A stretch of DNA of 52,116 bases, taken from Rikenellaceae bacterium (lineage in GTDB: Bacteria > Bacteroidota > Bacteroidia > Bacteroidales > UBA932). Each line of letters begins with the position of its first letter. The first letter of the stretch is position 1. Of the stretch, positions 45,943 through 52,116 are shown one piece after another. The stretch is from positions 1 to 52,116 of the forward strand of contig JAAZIW010000004.1 in the NCBI GenBank assembly GCA_012800665.1, read 5' to 3'. The position numbers and the translations under genes were made by a program. Below the pieces are notes generated by a model. The model searched no databases and was not told the DNA's origin. It saw only the letters and a program-made list of their open reading frames with translations.

Positions 45943-47274
45943 TTAATTTTTATTCCACAATAATTTGAAAAATCTTCGCCATCTTATATTGGCGGGAAAT
46001 TTCTTTCCTTTCACTGTCGAGAGCCAAACAACAGACGGCGTTCCGACGATATGGTCTTCGGGAACGAAGCCCCAGTACCTGGAATCGAGGGAATTGTGCC
46101 GATTGTCTCCCATCATAAAATAATAGTCTTGTGCAAAAGTATATGAGCCCTGCTCCAAAGCTTTTTGCGGGTCTTGATTTTCATACTTGCTGATAAGCCT
46201 CTCATAGAGGGGCAAGTTGTCTTCGGTGATTTCCACGGTGCTTCCTTTTTGGGGAATCCTGAGAGGACCGAAATAATCGCGGGTCCAAGCGAAGTTTTCG
46301 CTGAAGGGGAAGATGGTGAGCCGGCTGTCGGGATAATCGGCAGGATACTCATCCAAATTCGCCTCTACGCTCACTACATTGTTATAAGAGCTTATGGTTG
46401 AGAGCATCTCTTCGCTGAGCGGCATGGCCGGATAACCGGGAAGATTGCCGTCAAAATAGAGCTCATCCATATTCAAGCCGAGAGAAGAGAGAAATTTTGA
46501 ATTTATTCTGCTCCCGGTTGTCGTTACCTTATAACTAAGCTGCATACCCGGATAAATCTGCTGTTTTTCACCATTTATCCATACCAGACCATCTTTAATC
46601 TCCAAAGTATCGCCCGGCGTGGCTACGCATCTTTTTACATAGTGATCCACCTTGTCCGAAGGACGGACTACAATGGGACCCAAATTGTCAATGACCTGTT
46701 TTCTCCCTATCACACGGCAGAGGGCATAATAGTCTTCTGTCGGCGCTTTACGAAGAACGGTATCTCCGCAGGGAAAGCCGAAAACCACACAATCGCCTTT
46801 GCGAACTTCCCTGAAACCTTTCAATCTGCGATATTTATTCTGGATAAGAGTGCTGTACGACTCCTTGCCGAAAATAACATTGTGCGTAAATGGAATGGTT
46901 AAAGGGGTTTGCGGGATGCGCGGCCCGTATGTCAATTTGCTTACAAAGAGATGATCGCCCGTATAGAGCGTATTCTCCATGGAGGATGAAGGAATTTTGA
47001 ATGCCTGGAAGAAAAATATATTGATGAAGGTGACCACGATTACTGCGAATATTATGGCATCAAGCCATTCATTTGCGGCGCTGCGCTTTTCCCCTTCTTT
47101 GTAGCGTTTTTTCCAGAAGTTCCAACGGACTTTCTTCGTGATGAAGATGTCGAAAATAACTCCCAGACCTATCAGCCACCAATAATTTCCCAACCAGATA
47201 ACCCATAGGATATAGAGCAAAGCCCAGAATACGAACTTTGTCCACTTGTTACCTATGAATTCCTTCAGGCTCAC
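45943..47274 (-). CDS. lepB: Signal peptidase I (long Bacteroidota form)
   Basis: IPSSSMENTL, YVKRCV, MMGDNRHNSLDSRYWGFVP; GTG start. Confidence 0.95.
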   Translation of the reverse strand: MSLKEFIGNKWTKFVFWALLYILWVIWLGNYWWLIGLGVIFDIFITKKVRWNFWKKRYKEGEKRSAANEWLDAIIFAVIVVTFINIFFFQAFKIPSSSMENTLYTGDHLFVSKLTYGPRIPQTPLTIPFTHNVIFGKESYSTLIQNKYRRLKGFREVRKGDCVVFGFPCGDTVLRKAPTEDYYALCRVIGRKQVIDNLGPIVVRPSDKVDHYVKRCVATPGDTLEIKDGLVWINGEKQQIYPGMQLSYKVTTTGSRINSKFLSSLGLNMDELYFDGNLPGYPAMPLSEEMLSTISSYNNVVSVEANLDEYPADYPDSRLTIFPFSENFAWTRDYFGPLRIPQKGSTVEITEDNLPLYERLISKYENQDPQKALEQGSYTFAQDYYFMMGDNRHNSLDSRYWGFVPEDHIVGTPSVVWLSTVKGKKFPANIRWRRFFKLLWNKN

Positions 47275-47283
47275 TGCAAAACT

Positions 47284-47628
47284 TTATTTTACAGATTTTA
47301 CTATGGCTTCGAAAGCCTGAGGATTGTTCATGGCGAGGTCTGCCAAAACCTTGCGGTTGAGACCGATATTCTGTGCGGCAAGTTTGCCCATGAACTGAGA
47401 GTAGGTAAGACCATACTGGCGTGCCGCCGCATTGATGCGCTGAATCCAGAGAGCACGGAATGCTCCTTTCTTGCGCTTGCGGTCGCGATACGCATAAGTA
47501 AGGCCTTTTTCGTAGGTGTTCTTAGCGACGGTCCAGACATTTTTCCTGGCGCCGAAATTGCCGCGAGTCTGTTTTAAGATCTTCTTGCGGCGAGCCTTTG
47601 AGGCTGCAGAGTTTACACTTCTTGGCAT
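47284..47628 (-). CDS. rplT: 50S ribosomal protein L20
   Basis: [34 protein letters not shown]. Confidence 0.98.
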   Translation of the reverse strand: MPRSVNSAASKARRKKILKQTRGNFGARKNVWTVAKNTYEKGLTYAYRDRKRKKGAFRALWIQRINAAARQYGLTYSQFMGKLAAQNIGLNRKVLADLAMNNPQAFEAIVKSVK

Positions 47629-47640
47629 AATTCTTTGCTT

Positions 47641-47835
47641 TTAAAGTACTAACAATTCCTTAACCTGCTTTTCCTTGCTGGGGTCGAGGATGGTGAAGCG
47701 AACAAGATTGCGTTTTCTTTTCTTGCTCTTTTTGGTGAGGATGTGGCTGTGATAAGCATGCTTCCTCTTGATTTTTCCCGTTCCGGTAAGCGCAAACCGC
47801 TTTTTGGCACCGGAGTTGGTTTTAAGCTTTGCCAT
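47641..47835 (-). CDS. rpmI: 50S ribosomal protein L35
   Basis: [22 protein letters not shown]...HILTKK. Confidence 0.97.
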   Translation of the reverse strand: MAKLKTNSGAKKRFALTGTGKIKRKHAYHSHILTKKSKKRKRNLVRFTILDPSKEKQVKELLVL

Positions 47836-47883
47836 TTTGTTTGGTTTTAAAAATAATAATATATAAAGTCCGCATCACGCGGA

Positions 47884-48477
47884 TTATTTCTTTTTAATGG
47901 GCGCTATCATAATGTTCATTCGCTTGCCTTCGAGCGTGGGCATGGTTTCAGCCCTGCCGTATTCTTCCAATTCCACCGCAAATCTAAGCAACTTTTTTTC
48001 GCCCTGATCTTTAAACATTATACTGCGACCTCTGAAAAAGATTGTGGCCTTTACTTTGAAGCCGTCCTCAAGGAATCCGCGGGCATGCTTGAGTTTAAAC
48101 TGAAAGTCATGTTCATCGGTGTTGGGGCCGAAGCGTATTTCCTTGATTACCACCTTATTGGAGTTGGCCCTCATTTCCTTGGCCTTCTTTTTCCTCTGGT
48201 ATATATATTTTTGGTAGTCGAGAATCTTACAAACGGGAGGATCAGCCTTGCTGCTGATTTCCACAAGATCAAGTTCCATTTGCTCGGCAAGAGCCAAAGC
48301 CTTGGATAGCGGATAAATGCCCGGCTCAGGGATATTGTCTCCTACGAGACGCACCTTGGGGGCACGTATCTGATTGTTTATCGGAGCCTCGTTCTCGTCT
48401 TTTTTGGGATAGAAACGCGAATCCGTTCTGTTTGGCCTATTGTTGCCTGAGGGCTTTGGTTTGTAAGGTCCTGCCAT
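47884..48477 (-). CDS. infC: Translation initiation factor IF-3
   Basis: [38 protein letters not shown]. Confidence 0.96.
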   Translation of the reverse strand: MAGPYKPKPSGNNRPNRTDSRFYPKKDENEAPINNQIRAPKVRLVGDNIPEPGIYPLSKALALAEQMELDLVEISSKADPPVCKILDYQKYIYQRKKKAKEMRANSNKVVIKEIRFGPNTDEHDFQFKLKHARGFLEDGFKVKATIFFRGRSIMFKDQGEKKLLRFAVELEEYGRAETMPTLEGKRMNIMIAPIKKK

Positions 48478-48497
48478 TAATTCAACATTAAATTTAA

Positions 48498-50432
48498 TTA
48501 GTTTTTAAGTTCCTCTGCTATCGCAGATTTAATATATTTTACAAATTCTTCTACATCCATAATTCCAACATTCTCACCGCTTCTTCTTATGGAAACAGTT
48601 CCGTCAGCGGCTTCTTTTTCGCCCACAACCGCAATCAGAGGCACTCTAAGCTGAGATATGTCTCTGATTCTCTTGCCCAAAGTCTCGTTACGGTCGTCTA
48701 TGGAAGCGCGAATTTCGGAATTTTTCAGCAAATCACAAACTTTTTTTGCATAATCTGCAAATTTCTCGCTGATTGGCAGCACTTTAACCTGATCGGGAGA
48801 GAGCCATAACGGCAGATGACCTGCGGTATGCTCCAACAAAACAGCGGTAAAACGCTCGATGCTGCCGAAAGGTGCGCGATGTATCATAACGGGGCGCTGC
48901 TTGCTGCCATCGGTATCGGTATATTCAAGCTCAAAGCGCTCAGGAAGATTATAGTCCACCTGAATTGTGCCCAACTGCCATTTGCGACCGATAGCATCCT
49001 TTACCATAAAGTCTAATTTGGGGCCGTAGAATGCAGCTTCGCCATATTCTATTTTAGCGGAAAGATTCTTTTCCTGACAGCTTTCCACAATTGCCTGCTC
49101 AGCTTTTTCCCAATTTTCCTCACTGCCTATATATTTCTCGCGATTCACTTTGTCGCGAAGAGAAATCTGAACGGAAAAATCTTCCAGCTTGAATACACGG
49201 AATACGTATTCGATGAGGTCTATAACCTTTTTAAACTCGTCTTTCAGCTGATCGGGTCTGACAAACATATGCGCATCATCCTGAGTAAAGCAGCGCACGC
49301 GGGTCAGACCATGCAGCTCACCGCTTTGCTCATAACGATACACCGTACCGAATTCCGCCATGCGGATGGGGAGATCTTTATAGGAATGAGGCTCGCTTGC
49401 GTAAATTTCGCAATGATGAGGACAGTTCATGGGTTTCAGCAGATATTCCTCACCCTCCTGCGGGGTTTTGATGGGCTGAAAAGAATCGCTTCCATATTTC
49501 TCCCAGTGACCGGAGGTTACATAAAGCTGCTTGCTGCCGATATGCGGAGTAGCCACCTGCATATAGCTCTGTTCCTCCAACTTGGTACGGAGAAATTTCT
49601 CAAGCTGATGGCGGAGAACGGTACCGCGGGGCAGCCAAAGCGGCAAGCCCAATCCGACACGGCTGCTGAAGGTGAATAACTTCATGTCTTTACCCAGTCT
49701 GCGGTGATCGCGCTTTTTGGCTTCCTCCAGCATCTGCAAATGCTCCTCCAACAGACTCTTCTTGGGGAAGGTGATGCCGTAAACGCGTGTGAGCTGTTTG
49801 CGGTCTTGATCACCACGCCAATAAGCGCCGGCCAAGGCAGTAAGCTTGACTGCCTTTATCATATTGGTGTTGCGGAGATGGGGGCCGCGGCAAAGGTCGG
49901 TAAAATGACCGTTGGTATAATAACTTATCTCACCATCTTCAAGCTCGGAAATAAGCTCGCACTTGTATTCATCACCTTTCTCTTTGAAATACTTCAAGGC
50001 ATCGGCCTTGGATACTTCTATTCGCTTGAAATCCTCCTTGCCTTGTGCAAGCTCCAGCATCTTTTTCTCTATTGCCGGAAAATCCGCATCGCTGACTTCA
50101 TAGTCCGAAAAGTCCACATCATAATAGAAGCCGTTGTCGATTGCAGGACCTATACCGAATTTTATACCCGGATAAATAGATTCCAAGGCCTCTGCCATAA
50201 GATGAGAAGAAGAGTGCCAAAACACTTTTTTGGCTTCATCATCCTCCCACTTAAGGAGTTTGAGCTCAGAATCTTGACGAATGGGAAAGTTTAGGTCTAC
50301 TATATTGCCGTTTACATCGGCAGCCAAAACTTCCTCTGCCAGCCGGGGAGATATACTCTCGGCTACTTCATAAGCAGTGATGCCTTCAACAAAGGGCTTT
50401 ACACTGCCATCAGGAAAGGTGATATTGATCAT
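48498..50432 (-). CDS. thrS: Threonine-tRNA ligase
   Basis: TGS domain, HSSSH, DLCRGPH, KPMNCP, RYEQSG, GLTRVR, FTQDDAH, HRAPFGS. Confidence 0.98.
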   Translation of the reverse strand: MINITFPDGSVKPFVEGITAYEVAESISPRLAEEVLAADVNGNIVDLNFPIRQDSELKLLKWEDDEAKKVFWHSSSHLMAEALESIYPGIKFGIGPAIDNGFYYDVDFSDYEVSDADFPAIEKKMLELAQGKEDFKRIEVSKADALKYFKEKGDEYKCELISELEDGEISYYTNGHFTDLCRGPHLRNTNMIKAVKLTALAGAYWRGDQDRKQLTRVYGITFPKKSLLEEHLQMLEEAKKRDHRRLGKDMKLFTFSSRVGLGLPLWLPRGTVLRHQLEKFLRTKLEEQSYMQVATPHIGSKQLYVTSGHWEKYGSDSFQPIKTPQEGEEYLLKPMNCPHHCEIYASEPHSYKDLPIRMAEFGTVYRYEQSGELHGLTRVRCFTQDDAHMFVRPDQLKDEFKKVIDLIEYVFRVFKLEDFSVQISLRDKVNREKYIGSEENWEKAEQAIVESCQEKNLSAKIEYGEAAFYGPKLDFMVKDAIGRKWQLGTIQVDYNLPERFELEYTDTDGSKQRPVMIHRAPFGSIERFTAVLLEHTAGHLPLWLSPDQVKVLPISEKFADYAKKVCDLLKNSEIRASIDDRNETLGKRIRDISQLRVPLIAVVGEKEAADGTVSIRRSGENVGIMDVEEFVKYIKSAIAEELKN

Positions 50433-50438
50433 AACTTA

Positions 50439-50468
50439 CAAATATACGAAAGTTTTTCGTTATATTTG
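50439..50468. promoter_or_regulatory. Back-to-back TATATTTG -7 elements for thrS (minus) and DUF4199-GT2 (plus)
   Basis: caaatata at 50439-50446 and tatatttg at 50461-50468 in a 44 bp intergenic region. Confidence 0.72.
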
Positions 50469-50476
50469 TCCTTTGT

Positions 50477-51034
50477 ATGAAAGAGAAACGCATAAATTTA
50501 TGGAATGAGGCCGGCAAAGCCGGACTCGTACTGGGAACGATTTCAATCCTCTATATGATTATTACGCTTTTTACCGGAAAGATAGCCGGAAGCGGTATCA
50601 AGGCCATTCTGATCGGCACCTTGAATTTTGCGCTTTGGGCAGGCAAGTTAGTCCTTTGCATCTGGCTCATGCGCTTCTTTTTATTGAAATTCTCAAAGTC
50701 AAATCCATCGGCGGACAATAATAAGGTTTTCCGCTTCGGTATGCTTGTCGCATTGCTTTCTGCACTCTTGTATTCGGCATTTTATTTAGTCTATATACTC
50801 TACATAGACCCCAACTCCATGGCTGAGGCTTTCGATTTGGCGATACAGCAATATTCAGCAAGTTTGGATGCCCAAAGCCTGGAAGCCTTGGAAAACATCA
50901 AGTCTGATATGCCGACAATTTCTTTCTTTGCCCAGCTTATCTGGAGCTGGCTGTTCGGAACTATACTTTCTGCAATTTTTTCACGCAAGATACCTTCTGA
51001 CAAGAACAATCCCTTCACACCGGAAGAACAATAG
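50477..51034 (+). CDS. DUF4199-like four-TM membrane protein
   Basis: Four hydrophobic helices, YILYIDP motif; precedes a GT2 gene as often seen in Bacteroidota. Confidence 0.75.
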   Translation: MKEKRINLWNEAGKAGLVLGTISILYMIITLFTGKIAGSGIKAILIGTLNFALWAGKLVLCIWLMRFFLLKFSKSNPSADNNKVFRFGMLVALLSALLYSAFYLVYILYIDPNSMAEAFDLAIQQYSASLDAQSLEALENIKSDMPTISFFAQLIWSWLFGTILSAIFSRKIPSDKNNPFTPEEQ

Positions 51035-51037
51035 CAT

Positions 51038-51988
51038 ATGGATATTTCAGTTGTTATACCGCTTTATAACGAGCAAGGGTCTCTGCCGGAATTGAGTTCG
51101 TGGATTGAGAGAGTGATGAAGGAGAACTCTTTTTCGTACGAAATAATAATGGTGGATGATGGCAGCACAGATTCTTCGTGGGAAGAAATCCGCGCTCTGT
51201 CAAAGACCAACACTGCCATTCGCGGCATCCAATTCAGGCGCAACTACGGCAAGTCCGCAGCTCTTTATTGCGGATTCAAGAAGGCAAAGGGCAATGTTGT
51301 AATAACCATGGATGCCGACCTGCAGGATTCGCCTGACGAAATCCCGGAACTCTACCGAATGATTACAGAGGAAGGCTACGACCTGGTTTCCGGATGGAAG
51401 CAAGACAGGAAAGACAACAAACTCACTAAAAATCTCCCCTCAAAGCTTTTCAATGCCACAGCGCGCAGGGTTACCGGCATAAAACTCCATGATATGAACT
51501 GCGGCTTAAAGGCCTATCGCAGTGAGGTGATAAAAAATATAGAGGTGTATGGAGAGATGCACCGCTACATACCTTATCTCGCCAAAAATGCCGGCTACAA
51601 TAAAATAGGCGAACTCAAAGTACATCATCAAAAGCGTAAGTACGGCAAGAGCAAATTCGGAATGAGCCGCTTCGGCAACGGCCTTTTAGACCTTATAAGC
51701 CTTTGGTTCTTAAGCACTTTCGGAAAAAAGCCAATGTATTTCTTCGGCTATAGCGGACTTGCTATGTTTTTTGTCGGCTTAGTGATAGCCTTAGGGATTA
51801 TAATAGACAAACTCGTACGCCAATCCAGAGGAACATTTTATCGCGCAGTAACCGACCAGCCACTATTCTATTTAGCTTTGGTTGCTGTGATTTTAGGCGT
51901 AATGTTCTTCCTCGCCGGCTTCGTCGGCGAAATGATTGCACGCAACTCCAGCGAACGCAACACCTACAACATCTGCGAGGAGATTTAA
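51038..51988 (+). CDS. GT2 polyprenol-phosphate glycosyltransferase (DPM1/ArnC-like)
   Basis: ISVVIPLYNE, VDDGSTD, RNYGKSAAL, MDADLQD, DMNCGLKAY, GEMHRYIP, two C-terminal TMs. Confidence 0.93.
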   Translation: MDISVVIPLYNEQGSLPELSSWIERVMKENSFSYEIIMVDDGSTDSSWEEIRALSKTNTAIRGIQFRRNYGKSAALYCGFKKAKGNVVITMDADLQDSPDEIPELYRMITEEGYDLVSGWKQDRKDNKLTKNLPSKLFNATARRVTGIKLHDMNCGLKAYRSEVIKNIEVYGEMHRYIPYLAKNAGYNKIGELKVHHQKRKYGKSKFGMSRFGNGLLDLISLWFLSTFGKKPMYFFGYSGLAMFFVGLVIALGIIIDKLVRQSRGTFYRAVTDQPLFYLALVAVILGVMFFLAGFVGEMIARNSSERNTYNICEEI

Positions 51989-52036
51989 CCTCGCTTTTTT
52001 GCTTTACCATTTCACTGCCGCTGCCGTCGTTTGTGC

Positions 52037-52085
52037 CGTTACTGCCGCTGCAGACGTTACTGACGCTGCAGACGTTACTGACGCT
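52037..52085. repeat. 18-bp tandem repeat (about 2.7 copies) in a low-complexity GCT/GCC-rich tail
   Basis: cgttactgccgctgcaga / cgttactgacgctgcaga / cgttactgacgct. Confidence 0.85.
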
Positions 52086-52116
52086 ACCGCCCATGAAGCT
52101 GCCGCCGTGCTCAACG

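Noticed and set aside
31173-50294. Long antisense ORFs (for example 31173-32072, 34688-35470, 42857-43657, 49704-50294)
   Set aside because: They mirror conserved housekeeping genes, show no recognisable motifs, and are expected from codon bias.

Overview
Compact core-genome window from a Bacteroidales bacterium. The assignment rests on TAnnTTTG -7 promoter elements, the Bacteroidota dcw gene order without murF, and the rpmB-rpmG-bL38-ftsY synteny. The window holds slyD, trkA, rplS, grpE-dnaJ, bamD-rpoZ-recN, a Fur-family regulator, upp, an OadA-like carboxyltransferase, miaB, rpoN, radC, the full mraZ-ftsZ dcw cluster, rpiB-gltX, a Na/Pi symporter, a long thrS...pheT...deoC minus-strand run, three tRNAs (Arg-ACG, His-GTG, Leu-CAG) and several uncharacterised lipoprotein/outer-membrane genes. 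I saw no integrase, transposase, CRISPR array or defence system. The most interesting signals are regulatory. (1) A correctly spaced sigma-54 (-24/-12) element plus an adjacent TTGAC-N5-GTCAA palindrome sits in front of grpE-dnaJ. (2) At least eight genes have their start codon only 6 or 8 nt after the -7 element, implying leaderless or near-leaderless mRNAs, often from back-to-back promoters in 41-44 bp intergenic regions. (3) There is an MraZ operator with an exact 10-bp period. Unusual proteins include a SlyD with a 14-Cys metallothionein-like tail, an OadA whose biotinyl domain lacks the biotin lysine, a Cys-less Fur/PerR-like protein and a HExxH lipoprotein paired with DUF3575. All family calls come from motif recognition; no database search was run.
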